Shown piece after piece: positions 1 to 13,044 of a stretch of 64,000 nt of DNA; position 1 is the stretch's first letter, and each line of letters opens with the position of its first letter. A program made the translations under genes and the position numbers. The DNA is from Octopus vulgaris (Eukaryota): assembly GCA_951406725.2 (NCBI GenBank), contig OX597822.1, positions 29,202,001 to 29,266,000 of the forward strand, written 5' to 3'. A model generated the notes under the pieces. It was not told the DNA's origin, did no database searches, and saw only the letters and a list, made by a program, of their open reading frames with translations.

Positions 1-3
1 CAA

Positions 4-68
<65 letters not shown>

Positions 69-1331
69 CGACGGGCTTCTTTCAGTTTCCGTCTACCAAA
101 TCCACTCACAAGGCTTTGGTCAGCCCGAGGCTATAGTAGAAGACACTTGCCCAAGGTGCCACGCATGTGGCTGGTAAGCAAGCTACTTTATTTCATGAAT
201 ATTTGCCATGAAGGCATTACAAAGAGGAGACGAACAAGAACAGACAAACATAAAAGGGTGAAGTAGTTGCAGCGACTTACCACACAGCTACTTACCACAC
301 AGCTACTCCTCTTCCATACAGTTTCCATTTACCAAAACCTGCACTCAAAGTGCCACGCGATGGGACAACTTGAAGCTCTGTGGTTGCAAAATGACCTTCT
401 TACTAAATATTTCATTATTTTCGAAAGTAACTGCAACGTATTTCAGCAAAAATATCGTAACACACAAGACTTAATCTGAGATCAGTCCTGAATGAGTAAA
501 CCTCTGTTCAAAAATATTCCAGCCATGACCATTCTGTCTTTTCCTGTGTGCCAAGAATCCAAGACCACATCCAAAATCTTTTTATACCTTTTACATGTTT
601 CAGTCATTTGACTGTGGCCATGCCGGAGCACCGCCTTGAAGCGTTTTTGTTGGACAAATCGACCCCAGTAATTATTTTTAAAAAAAACTTGGTACTTATT
701 CTATTGGTTAGTTTTGTCAAACCGTTAAGTTTTGAGGACGTAAACAAACCAGCATCGGTTGTCAAGTGCAGTGGTGGGGGACGAACATAGACACATGTGC
801 GCGCGCGTGTATATATATATATATATATATAATACATGCCAGGCTTCTTTCAGTTTCCATCTACTAAATCCACTCACAAAGCTTTGGTCAGTTTGTGGCT
901 ATTATAGAAGACACTTGCCCATGGTGTCACGTTTTTTTTCGTCTTTTCCTAATGACGGTAAGGATGGTTTAAAGACGATTTAGCTGCTGTTTCTAGCAGA
1001 TTGAGCAATCACATCGTCTTTCTCACTGGCTCAAAGCAAACAGATTTTACTTAAGGCAACAATCAAAATGAAGATGATAACCTGAAGAAATCCTTACAAA
1101 TTTGGAGAAAAAATTCCAGAATGGATGAAAGATGTTTAGCATAAAGGTAAGGGAGATAACTCAGAGAAGCGAAAATGGTTTTGCAACGTAATAGTGTAGT
1201 TGGGTGTGGAGTGTATGTGGTGTAGTGATGTTATTTCGTGTATTCAAAGGTGGGGGCGTCATGGTGGTTGTTGTTCAGCCCCTGGTCAACCCTGACCAAG
1301 CATATTGATCAACAGTATTCCAGTTATTCAA

Positions 1332-1555
1332 AGGCGGCGAGCTGGTAGAAACGTTAGCATGCCGGGCGAAATGCGTAGCTGTATTTCGTCTGCCGTTACG
1401 TTCTGAGTTCAAATTCCGCTGAGGTCGACTTTGCCATTCATCCTTTCGGGGTCGATTAAATAAATACCAGTTACGCACTGGGGTCGATATGATCGACTTA
1501 ATCCATTTGTTTGTCCCCTCTGTGTTTAGCCCCTTGTGGGTAGTAAAGAAATAGG
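1332..1555 (+). mobile_element. SINE family B (tRNA-like head), near-complete copy
   Basis: Begins aggcggcgagctggtagaaacgttagc, B-box-like gagttcaaattcc. Related copies at about 13415, 18030, 24000(-), 24225, 24555, 25570(-), 26855(-), 27835(-), 38620(-), 39290, 45190(-), 57505(-), 57863. Confidence 0.8.
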
Positions 1556-2608
1556 TATTCCATTTGTGACCATCCACTCTTTGTATGTTAGACATAATGT
1601 ATTTAGGATTTATCCAGTGTGTCTTCCTCTCTTAATGTGGTGTAGGAGATTTTTGCTGCTGTTTCTAGCACATGAAAAGATTGCCAGAGGTATCCTCATG
1701 ACTATCCAACTCTTTGTGTGTGAGAGAGAGGCAGAACAAGACATACACGCTCACATATACCCATGTCCTAAACTACATTTAGAGAAATGGTGTTTGACTG
1801 ATTGACACAAAGTCACTCATAGAAATACTCCAGCCTCTGGCTCACTAATGTAGTGTCTCCTCACTCTGTCTGTTCTACCACTACTATAATGGCCTCTGCT
1901 CTTCAGAACTGACTGGTCCAGTACCTCCACCAACTCACTTGCCTCTCCACCTCTCATCACTCACGTTAGCTCCAGCCCCATAGCCCCATGCCTCTCACTT
2001 ACCACTACACCCAATCCTTCTGCCTCAATGCCTCAATCTTCTAGAAATCCCTCTCTTTTCATGTTTTTCTTTGTTAATCTTTTAATCTCATTGTGTTTCA
2101 GTCACTTGACTATGGCCATGCTGGGGCACTAATTTGAATGGCTTAGTCAAACAAATCAACTCCGGTACTTATTTATTTTTAAAGTCTGGTACTTATTTTG
2201 TTGGACTCTTTTGTCAAACTACTAAGTTATGGGGACATGAACAAACAAACACTGGTTGCTAAGAGAGGAGACAAACACAAAAATACATACACGCACGCGC
2301 ATGCAAGTATATATGATGGGCTTCCACACAGTTTCCATTAATCAGATTCACTCACAAGGCATCACTCAACCCAAGGCTATATAATAGAAGACACTTGCCC
2401 AAAGTGCTGCACACAAGGAATGAACCCCAAACCATGTGATTGCAAAGAAAGTTTCTTAACCACACAGCCATGCCGGTGTGATATGTTCACAGTATTAATT
2501 TCACTTGTGTCAGGGTTCTGCAAAATACATAAGCATTGCCTCTTCATCAAGACAAAGTTATGAGAATTCTTCAAAAATTAGACAATATTTCTCTACATAT
2601 GCAATATC

Positions 2609-3357
2609 TGAAAGAAAAAGAAAAATTAGCTGGACTAGTTTCATTACTGGAATTTCATCAACAACTGAGTACCCTCTTTCACTATCCAAAGATATTATAT
2701 ACAAAAATAAGGTTTTTACACCTGTCATATGGTATTTACAAAAATCCACAGATACATTCTGTAGCACACAATAGTGCCTAATACTTTATAATGATATTTT
2801 TTATCTCTACATCCTAAGTCCTAATTCTTATTGAGATTTCATTAACAACTGAGTATCCTCTTTAACTATCCAAAGATATTGTATGCACAGACAAGATGTT
2901 TACAAGAGTCTATTACATATAGTAATGGCTAAAATCTATAGATATATTCTGTGGTACAGAATAACATCAAATACTTTATAATAATATTTCTTGAAAGAAA
3001 AAGAAAAATTAGCTGAACTAGTTTCAGTGTTGGGATTTCATCTACAACTACCCTCTTTCATTATCCAAAGATATTGTATACAAAAATAAGGTTTTTACAT
3101 CTGTCATAATGGCACTGTAGTACACAATAGTGCCTAATACTTTATAATAATATCTTTTATCTCTACATACTAAGTTCTAATTCTTATTGAGATTCCATTA
3201 GCAACTGAGTATCTCTTTAACTATCCAAAGATATTGTATGCACGGATAAGATGTTTACAAGAGTCTATTACATATAGTAATGGCTGAAATATATAGATAT
3301 ATTCTGTGGTACAGAATAACATCAAATACTTTGTAATAATATTTCTTTTCTCTACAA
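2609..3357 (+). repeat. Local tandem duplication (period about 383 bp) built from two diverged ~180-bp subunits
   Basis: tgaaagaaaaagaaaaattagctg at 2609 and 2992; the motif (c/t)tatccaaagatatt occurs four times. Confidence 0.85.
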
Positions 3358-3637
3358 CAGTGCTTCTCAGCCATTTTTTTTTTCACCTATGGACCCTTTT
3401 GATTCCTACTTACTTGGATGAACCCTCCCAGCCATTCTATGCTTTTTAAAAAATCATGTCATTTTTATAATCAAATATTATTAGGGATTGTATAAAAAAA
3501 ATTGTGAAAATATTTTACATATTGTGGAAGTATAAGCAATTTACTGCAGACAAACTTTTACAACAAAATCTTACATGGACCCCCAAGGCTCATATGAAAG
3601 CTCTAAGGGCCATATGGCCCCTGGCTGAGAACCACTG
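3358..3637. mobile_element. hAT (Charlie-like) MITE
   Basis: TIRs cagtgcttctcagcc / ggctgagaaccactg; degenerate 8-bp TSD ctctacaa/ctctatat; interrupts the 2609 tandem repeat, which resumes after it. Confidence 0.8.
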
Positions 3638-3697
3638 CTCTATATCCTAAATTCTAATTCTGCCAAGATCAACTTTGCATTTTATTATCTTCAGTTA

Positions 3698-4022
3698 GGC
3701 GCAGGAGTGGCTGAGTGGTAAGCAGCTTGCTTACCAACCACATAGTTCCGGGTTCAGTCCCACTGCATGGCACCTTGGGCAAGTGTCTTCTACTATAGCC
3801 TCAGGCTGACCAAAGCCTTGTGAGTGGATTTGGTAGACGGAAACTGAAAGAAGCCCGTCATATATATGTATATATATGTGTGTGTGTTTGTGTGTCTATG
3901 TTTGTGCTCCCCACCCAACATCGCTTGACAACCGATGCTGGTGTGTTTACGTCCCCGTAACTTAGCGGTTCGGCAAAAGAGACAGATAGAATAAGTACTA
4001 GGCTTACAAAGAATAAGTCCTG
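3698..4022 (+). mobile_element. SINE family A (tRNA head, CORE-like segment, internal (TA)n(TG)n tract), 3' truncated
   Basis: ggcgcaggagtggctgagtggtaag head, gggttcagtccc B-box-like motif, caccttgggcaagtg CORE-like motif. More than 20 copies or fragments across the window. Confidence 0.85.
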
Positions 4023-4062
4023 CAAACTTATCACACAGCTGTACCTGTACCTATATCAATAC

Positions 4063-4109
4063 CTATCTGTCTGTCTGTCTGTTTATTTGTCTGTCTATCT
4101 ATCTATCTA

Positions 4110-4152
<43 letters not shown>

Positions 4153-4161
4153 GTCTGTCTA

Positions 4162-4258
<97 letters not shown>

Positions 4259-4626
4259 ATCTATCTATCTATCTATTTATCTGCCTGCCTGCCTGCCTGC
4301 CTGCCTGTCTGTCTGTCTGTCTGTCTGCCTGTCTGCCTGTCTGTCTGTCTGTCTGTCCGTCCGTCCGTCCGTCCGTCCGTCCGTCTGTCCGTCTCTATCT
4401 ATTTATCTGTTTGTCTGTCTCTATCTATCTGTCTGTGTGTCTGTCTGTCTGTCTGTATGTTTGTCTGTCTGTCTGTTTATTTGTCTGTCTGTCTGTTTAT
4501 TTGTCTGTCCGTCCATCCGTCCGTCTACCTATCTATCTAGCTATCTGTTTGTCTATTCACAGACACGCGCGCGCGCGCACACACACACACTTACACACAC
4601 ACACATTTACACACACACACACACAC
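4063..4626. repeat. Compound microsatellite (TCTG)n/(TCTA)n/(TCCG)n/(CA)n
   Basis: Direct reading; explains ORFs 4087..4644 and 4437..4814. Confidence 0.95.
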
Positions 4627-4948
4627 GTACAGTTATATGTGTAATTAGTTTTCTGTTTTCCCCTTCTGGCCATATATATATTTCCTGCAAAGATCTAATT
4701 AAGAGACAGTCTGATGGAGCAAGATCTGTAGAATATGAAGAGTGCAGCAAATTTCCTTCTGTCTTTCAGTTGCTTCAGTCATTGGACTGCGGCCATGCTG
4801 GGGCACCACCCTAAAGTATTTCTTAAGCCTGGTACTTATTCTATTGGTGTCTTTTGCTGAACTGCTAAGTTATTGGGGATATAAACAAACCAACACCAGT
4901 TGTCAAACGGTGGGGGAGGGAACAAATACATACCTACAAACATATATA

Positions 4949-6218
4949 CGAGGGGCGTTCAATAAGTAATGCCTCTCACCCACTTGCAGTTGCTTGATCT
5001 AGCTGAAATTTTGCATGTGCAATTACCTATATCTCTATAGATTAAGTGGCAAATTACAGCTCTGAACTAATTGTGGTTTCTGATTTACAGGTGTTTGAAC
5101 TGAGTCAAGTGTGAAACGGAGCCTGTTGAGTGTCGAGCAGTGATCCGGTTTTTGTAATTGAAAGGACGCACACCACGGGAGACTTTTGATGAAATAAAAG
5201 TAACTTATGGTGATGATGCCCCATCATATGACCTTGTAAAACGCTGGCATCGTGAATTCAAACATGGTCGGAACTTTGTGGAAACAGCTCCCAGATATGG
5301 TCCCCCCCTTCTGCCATTGATGAGGCATCTGTCCGTCAAGTTGAGGCTGCCATTTTGGAAGATCGGCGCATAACTATTCGCCAAGTAGCCCATGAGGTCA
5401 AGATTAGTACCGGGTCTGTGGAAACTATCATTCATGACCATTTGCATATGCAAAAGGTGTCTGCCAGATGGATTCCCAGGCTGCTCACACCTTTCCAGAA
5501 GCAAGAACGTGTCGATAGCGCGAGGATGAATTTGAAGATGTGCCAAGAAGATGAGTCAAAATTTTTCAAAAGACTGATTACACAGGATGAAACCTGGGTC
5601 TATCACTATGATCCAGAGACCAAAGCCCAGTCAATGCAGTGGAAGCACCGTGACTCACCTCCTCCAAAGAAGGCAAGGGTGCAGCCCTCCGCTGGCAAGG
5701 TCATGCTCACAGTCTTCTGTGAGTAGTGATGACAGATTTCTTGGCAAAGGGTGCCACAATTACAAGAGTCTATTATGCTTCACTTTTGAGGAAATTAAGA
5801 GAAGCTATCAAAATCAAGAGGCGGGGCAAGATCAGCAAAGGCATCCTCCTCCTGCAGGACAACGCTCCGATCCACAACTCACGTGTCGCCAGATCAGAAG
5901 CACAGGCGTGCGGCTATGAACTCATCCCCCATCTCCTGACCTGCACCCTCTGATTTTCACCTCTTCCCAGCCATGAAGTTGTTTTTGAAAGGAAAGCGTT
6001 TCCCAGATGATGCAGCCTTGATTTCTGAAGTCACGTCGTGGTTGGAGGACCAAGCTGGGGTCTTCTACAAAAACGGTCTTCAGAGCTGCATCAAACGATG
6101 GGAGAAATGCGTAACTCTGGGTGGTTCCTATGTAGAAAAAGACTAATAACTGTGCCAAGTTTCGTTGCTCTACTGCTATGGAAGTGGGTCAGGGGCATTA
6201 CTTATTGAACGCCCCTCG
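4949..6218 (+). mobile_element. Full-length mariner transposon (probably irritans-like), transposase disrupted
   Basis: TIRs cgaggggcgttcaataagtaatgcc (25 bp perfect, about 37 bp with 2 mismatches), TA on both sides, 1270 bp. Confidence 0.95.
5115..6146 (+). pseudogene. Mariner DD34D-type transposase pseudogene
   Basis: Motifs WIPRLL, ITQDETWVYHYDPETK, LLQDNAPIH and a frameshifted SPDL-PSDFHLF, spread over ORFs 5158..5373, 5355..5726 and 5726..5953 by frameshifts and stops. Confidence 0.93.
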
Positions 6219-7134
6219 TATATATATATATATATATATATATGTTCAGTAAAATTTAGATTCAGATGAATATGGTACTTAAGTTCAAGGCACCAGAATT
6301 TAGTATGGTATTATCCATATAATTTTAAATGGGGTGATTATAATGATACTACACTCTGTCTTCTCTCAGATTTGATAAACTAGCCTATAAATTAAAACTG
6401 ACCCCTACCCCCCCATAAGTAAATCTAAATAACAGAAATAATCAATGATGAGGCAGTGTCTTTTTTGAAAAAATCTCAGTTAGAACTGTGATATTGTTGG
6501 TAAAACATGTTCTTTGTCTATCTCCTTATCTTCTTGGTGATTTTGGGTAAAATTATGCAAATGATTCCTTTGAATTTAACTAAATTCTATGTTTTTATGC
6601 AGCTGAAGATTGCTCTACATTTTAAATTGATGTAATGTTTGCATTGTTCAATTAAATGGAGTTGCATGAAACGATCGTACTGCATTACCTCTGGATATCC
6701 TTGTTGCTTATTTTGATTATATATATCTCTATATATATATATATACTAGAGTAAGCACATAAATGTGAAACAAGGTGGTAAAAAAGAGTACTCAAATACC
6801 AGAGATAGAGTAATATACTTTATTTAAATATATGCTTTTAAATAAAGCATATATATATACACACACAACAGGCATCCACACAGTTTCTGTCTACCAAATT
6901 CACTCACAAAGCATTGCTTGGCCTTGGGCTATTGAGGAAGACACCTGCCTTAGGTGGGATTGAACTCAAAAACCACATGGTTGCAAAACAAGCTTCTTAA
7001 CCACACAGCCATGCCCTGTGACTATAACAACTGAACGATTCCAGGGAATTCTTGATTAATGAAACCTCTTCCAGCAGTTCATTAATCCTTTAGCAATCAG
7101 ATTGCTCTGTCCTTCTTTTATTTTACTCCTTTAT

Positions 7135-7520
7135 TCTTTCACCTGTTTCAGTCATTTGACTGTGGCCATGCTAGAGCACAGCCTTGAAGGGCTTTAAGTT
7201 GGACAAATCGACCTGAGGACTTTTATCTTAAGCCTAGTGCTTATTCTATTGGTCTCTTTTGTCAAACTGCTAAGTTAGAGGGACGTAAACACACCAGTAC
7301 AAATTGTCAAGTGGTGATGGGGGGGACAAACACAGACACAAAGACACACACACACACGACAGGCTTCTTTCAGTTTCCATCTACCAAATCCACTCACAAG
7401 GCTTTGGTTGGCCTAAAGTTATAGTAGAAGACACTTACCCAAGGTGCCATGCATTATGACGGAACCCAGAACCATGTGGTTGGAAAGCAAGCATCTTACC
7501 ACACTGCCATGCCTGCGCCT
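7135..7520 (-). mobile_element. SINE family A copy
   Basis: Reverse complement of the family A head (…gcctgcgcct) through its tail (…gtttcagtcatttgactgtggccatgc). Confidence 0.85.
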
Positions 7521-7719
7521 GTCTAATATCTAGAGCAGAATAGAATATCAGCTTTGCTTCAGTATCTTCCTTTCAGATTTTGCTGCACTGTGTCATGTTA
7601 CCCTGAAAGAAGCCCCCCCCCCATCTCCCAGGTCTTGTTGGTTCTGAATTGTCATCAATGGTTCTATAACATTGCTTTTTTCTAGGTAGGGATGTTGACA
7701 TTCTTATTTCTGGGAAAAG

Positions 7720-7870
7720 GTTGTCCATATTGGTCTGACCTCTGTCCTTTGACTTGTCCAGCATGGGAGGACTCTACAAGGAGCTTGCACTCTACTGGCA
7801 TAGCTGTGAGGGTCACTGAGGCACTCAAACCATGATACCACAAGGCCCAGTCCTTGTGGTGGGAACCGAT
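7720..7870 (-). mobile_element. Probable RTE-clade LINE 5' UTR remnant
   Basis: Minus strand reads ccttgtggtatcatggtttgagtgcctcagtgaccc…agctatgcc…cccatgctggacaagtcaaagg, resembling the RTE/BovB-type 5' end as I recall it. Confidence 0.5.
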
Positions 7871-9920
7871 ATTGTTGTGGTGCCTCCCTTCTCTTGATAC
7901 CCTAAACATGTACTTATTTTGCTTAATGGTTAATCCAGTGCTGCACATATGAATTTTTCAACCGACCTTCCACAAGTTCCTTTATTCACTGCTTTGCTTG
8001 CACGAACACTTCACAGAAACTCATAAAGCACAAATATGTGACAGATATGTTCTTTGCTCGGTTCGATGGATGCATTCATGATATAGAAAATTAGTATTTT
8101 GAAATATGGTTATTGCTTTACAGGAGCTCTTCTTGAAATGATTATACATTAATGAATCTCACCATTAGTTATAATTTTTACCCCACCACCCATGAAAAAG
8201 AAAACAAATTTCAACAGGTTTTAATTGGATAGAACCTTTTACACACACACACATATGACTGAGAGGGTAGGTGTGGATGGAATTATGAAGCGATGTTACT
8301 CGGGTACTAAGAGAAATATGAATGGAAGCAGGTGAGCTGGTAAATTTTGAATGAAGTGGTTTGTTATCTGCAGATAAACAGTGACAAACAGCGAAGAAAA
8401 AGAGAGACTCAGAACGAAAGAGTCGAGGACGGATTGAAACGAGAATGTTAGAGTGATGATAATAATAATAACAATAATAATAATGATTCTTATAGCAATG
8501 TTAGCGGTGCTGCACAAAACGAAATTAATAATGGAATGAACTGAATGCTAAGGAGAAAAAAAAAAAAAAAAACGGGGGAGAGAGAACGAGCGGGAAAGAG
8601 GAGAGAAAGAAAAGTTAACTATGACGGATGACATTTAAATACCACAATAAACCTAACACATGGCCAACGGAAATCGCCTCGTTCGCTGGCAAGTAGCATA
8701 TAAATCTAATTAGCCAGTACAGATATCTCCCCACCATCACAATGATAACTTTCTTTCTTTTTCTTCCATTGTCTATCTCTGTCTTTCTTTTTATTTCTCT
8801 ATATTTCACTTTTTCGTTTTTCTTTTTGTCAAGTGTGTAAGCATGTATGTGTGATTATATCATAATCTTTCTGTCTCTTTTTTTCTCTCTTCCTCTTGTC
8901 TTTCTTTCTGTCTTTCACTTTCCCCGTTTGTCACTGTATCTCAGTTTTTCTTTTAGGGTAGATGCCTCTCTGTGATTACACATTAGTTCCCCTATCTCTC
9001 TCTCTCTCCTGTAACTCAAAATTCTTTTGGAACTAAATACAATTCGTTTCATGCTAACATAGACACTCTAGTACCCTCCATAGACATTCACATGCACACA
9101 TACAACCAACAAGTATAATTCTTTACTTATACACATACACGCGCGCTGTCTCAAAATTCTTCCCAACGAATTCTTTGTTTCACGTAGACACTCGCGCGTG
9201 CGTATCGTTAAACACATACGTACACTCAAATATATACATATACATTATCTTTAGCACTAATTTCACTATCAAATTGTCCAGAAACCAAGAGAGAGAAAGA
9301 GAGAGAGAATCTCAATGGCATTCTTTCTCTTCTTTCTCTCTTGTATTTCCTTGCCTAATTCTTGCCTTTTCCCTTTCTCATTCTCTCTGTAAGGACTCGT
9401 GCGTGGGACAGACGGAAAGATAGTACATCTACGTCTTTCTTCCACTATCGCCTCATTTTTCTTCTTCCCCCAACCCCGTACAGGAATGTACGTCAGTATA
9501 GATGCAAGGGGAAATTCTTGAAGACATCCAGAAGTTTTTCTTTGTCTCTCTTCCACTATAACCCCGTTTTTACTCCTTATTTTGTCTGTCCTTCCTTATC
9601 TCTCTATACATTATGCGTATGTTTATAGAGTGTACGTGTTTCCGTATATCATGCAAGGGGAAATTCTTGAAGGCGTCCAGAAGTCTTTGTCTTCCTTTGA
9701 CGTCTTTCCCCTACTATAACTGGTCTTTTTTTTTTTTTTTTACTACATCCTCACTTTCAATATATGAATGTGTGCATGCTTATACCATGCAAGGGAAAAT
9801 TCTTGGACCCGTCCAGTAGACTAAGTGTCCTGGTTTTTGCGACGATCTCATTCTCTTTCTCAACACACACAAATACACGCGCGCACACACACACACGAAT
9901 GCATGCGTACGTACATAATA

Positions 9921-10086
9921 CAGGGCCGTCTTAAGGTATCGGGGCAGCGCAGGGGCTTCAAAATTTTAGGGCCCATTTCTAATCTATGTATGGTGTGACT
10001 TGCTGTCAATAAATAAACAACACTACGGGACCCAATGTATTAATTTGTCCGGGGTAAGGTCCTATAATGCTGCTAATACGGCCCTG
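9921..10086. mobile_element. Small hAT-like MITE
   Basis: Termini cagggccgt / acggccctg; TSD not preserved. Confidence 0.6.
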
Positions 10087-10726
10087 TGTGTGTGTATCGG
10101 CATTTTCTATGGCGTTGTGTTCTCTGGCCCTGAAGGTTATCGGAGATCTGAGATCAGTTGCTATCCCGTTTCGCATCCATCCATCATTCCCCTCCGCTCT
10201 TCGTTTATGTCGTGGCCTGCTTGTCTGGCCATTGTTTCAGCACTTCTGTTTGCTATTAATGACATCCCGTCCCATCACTTGCAGCCGATCAGATGTTATT
10301 GTGCGTAGGCGGCAATGACAGACTATATTGTAATTATGATTGCGGTTGTGGACTTTTGCTCTTGATATCGAGTGTGTGAATGCGCGCGTACATATACACT
10401 CGCCCAGATACATGTGTTTTGGTATTTAGCTGTTTTTAGCCGTAGTAGTAGGTCAATAACGATCTACCAGACTATAATCAAAGACGTTCCAGCCACGACC
10501 GTTTCATCTTATATTCAGACAACGTTATGAAATATGTCTCACATATCATCTTTAAAAACACTAGCGTGTAATATAAGGACGATTTGGCAGCTATTTCTAG
10601 CTGGTCAACAGACCCCGTAGTAAGATCGTAATCGTGTCTATAATGGAGTTTCTTGTTTGTCTTTTTTTTTTTTTCCTCCTTAAATTTGTTCATTGACGTT
10701 GTTGCTAACGTGTGTCAAGTCAGATG

Positions 10727-11152
10727 GGATCTTTTCGGTTTGAACGGCAGTTTTTTAAAATAATTTCCACGTAACTAAACACTTTTAAACTTCGTATACT
10801 GGTAGAATGTGTTTATAAAACATCTTTTTCTCTTGGCTTTATTGAGAAAATTCTATAGTTTGTAAGATATTTGTTGTTATTTTTCTTCAATTTCTGCAAT
10901 TTCAACCAATCAATGACGTCTATTGAGGTGAAAACATTCTGTGCCGTATGAATATGTCCCTCGTTTAAGAAACAGATTGGGTTTATTTACATTTGTGAAG
11001 AAAAAAAGATACCCTTCCCCCACCTCTAACCCTAACTAACCCTAACCCTAAAACAGATTGAAATGCAATAGATCGATACTAGGGCCATAATTATGGGTGA
11101 CAATTTCATATGACACTGCTAGAAAAAACTGCCATTCAAACCGAAAAGATCC
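10727..11152. mobile_element. MITE with GG-ended TIRs, 8-bp TSD and internal (CCCTAA)n
   Basis: TIRs ggatcttttcggtttgaacggcagttttt / aaaaactgccattcaaaccgaaaagatcc; perfect TSD gtcagatg at 10719-10726 and 11153-11160. Confidence 0.92.
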
Positions 11153-11429
11153 GTCAGATGGCAAAGTTAACTACAAGCGGGACTTCGAAGTCACTGACAA
11201 CCTTTATTCAAAGAATAAATAAATGCTACACGCTACCAATATGTATTGAGTGTTTTTCCCCTAGTGTTTCATTGTCTTTCATCATCGTCGTCATAATGAT
11301 TTAACGTCCATGCCCCATGCTAGCATAGGTTTGCCGATCCGAGAAGCTCAAGGACTGCATCATGCTCTGCTGTCTGCTCCTGCTTGCTACAGTTGGATGT
11401 CCTTCCTAACGCCAACCACCTTTCAATAC

Positions 11430-11829
11430 TCTCTTTACTTGTTTCAGTCATTTCACTGCGGCCATGCTGGAGCACCGCCTTTAGTCGAACGAATCGACCC
11501 CAGGACTTATTCTTTGTAAGCCTAGTAATTGTTCAATCGGTCTGTTTTGGCGAACCGCTAAGTTACGGGGATGTAAACACACCAGCATCGGTTGTCAAGC
11601 GATGTTGGGGGGACAAATACAGACACAAACATATACACACACACATACATATATATACATATATACGACGGGCTTCTTTCAGTTTCCGTCTACCAAATCC
11701 ACTCACAAGGCTTTGGTCGGCCCGAGGCTATAGTAGAAGACACTTGACCAAGGTGCCACGCAGTGGGACTGAATCCAGAACCATGTGGTTAGTAAGCAAG
11801 CTACTTACCACACAGCCACTCCTACGCCT
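11430..11829 (-). mobile_element. SINE family A, full-length young copy
   Basis: Complete reverse-complement match to the + copies at 19699 and 61403. Confidence 0.9.
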
Positions 11830-12341
11830 GTTTACTGTTTTTTTTTTGTTTTTTTTGGCTGCCATCAGCACTAGTGAAGTGACCATACAGCTTGCAAAGA
11901 CTCTAAACCTTGAGTGGCAAGGAGTAACCCTATATTAAGAGAATAATAACTAGAGAGTGGGAATGAAACACGAGAGAAAAGTGAAGGAGCAAGCAGGTTT
12001 CTTGCTGAAAAAGGAGCTATGTGACTACTTCGTTATAGAAGCGAGGATGGTGGGGTGAAGGCTAGAAATTGGTGATGAGGTGTCAAGGTGAGCCTTTACA
12101 CATGATTATTATGTAAAACACACACACACACACACATACATACATACATACATACACATATACACTCACAGTTGCTTGACCATAACCAGTTGAGCATGTT
12201 CCTTAGTGGCTAACAATATGTGCATCTCTTATCATGAGCAGGAGTAGTGGAGGAACATCATAGCCATGTATTAAGAGGGATTATTTGGGATTTGAATAAT
12301 TTACCAGTGGAAACATGGGTGTTTCATTCATCATCCTTAAA

Positions 12342-12563
12342 CCCTTTTGATACCAACCCGGCCAAAACCGCCTCTGGCTCTGTAGTACAAATGTCTTACT
12401 TTCATAAGTATTGAATTAAAATCTTCCACCAAACCTTAGTCACAATTTATGTTCCCAACACTAGCCTAATGATAACTAAGTTCTTTTACTAAATTCCATG
12501 TTATAATTAAAATTAATTGAATGAAACACAGAGCATCTCAAAATAAATACGGTAATGAAAGGG
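12342..12563 (+). mobile_element. piggyBac-type MITE
   Basis: ccct…aggg termini flanked by TTAA-type sites; interrupts an older repeat. Confidence 0.85.
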
Positions 12564-12824
12564 TTAAACAACTCTTATTCAGGGACCTTTTTAGTGGGAT
12601 GGGCTACTTGACTTGGTAATCCAAGAATTGACATCTGGCACCTTTTTGATGGTAGTCTAGTCAACATAGCCAGATTTACATTTGCTGTTTATGAGGAATT
12701 ACAATTCTTGTAGCCTGATATAGACTCCAATCTATGGATTTATTCAACAGCTGATTTACATGAAAGCCTAGAAATGCTGTTGCTTTCCAAGAATGAACAC
12801 AGTAAAGCAACTTGCATCTTTTAA

Positions 12825-13044
12825 CTCTTTTGTTACCAACCCGGCTGAAACTGGCTCTAGCTCTGAGTACAAATGTCTTGTTTTCATAAGTTTTGAATTA
12901 AAATCTTCCACCAAACCTTAGTCACAATTTATGGTCCTAACACTAGCTGAATGATAACTAAGTTATTTTACTAAATTCTTTGTTATATTTAAAGTAACTG
13001 AGAGAAATGCAGAGCATCTCAAAATAAATACAGTAACGAAAGGT
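12825..13044 (+). mobile_element. piggyBac-type MITE, same family
   Basis: TTAA at 12821-12824 and 13045-13048; body nearly identical to 12342-12563. Confidence 0.85.

Noticed and set aside
11384-11938. Recurrent peptides such as RRASFSFRLPNPLTRLWSARGYSRRHL and DGLLSVSVYQIHSQGFG
   Set aside because: Translations of SINE A copies, not a protein family.
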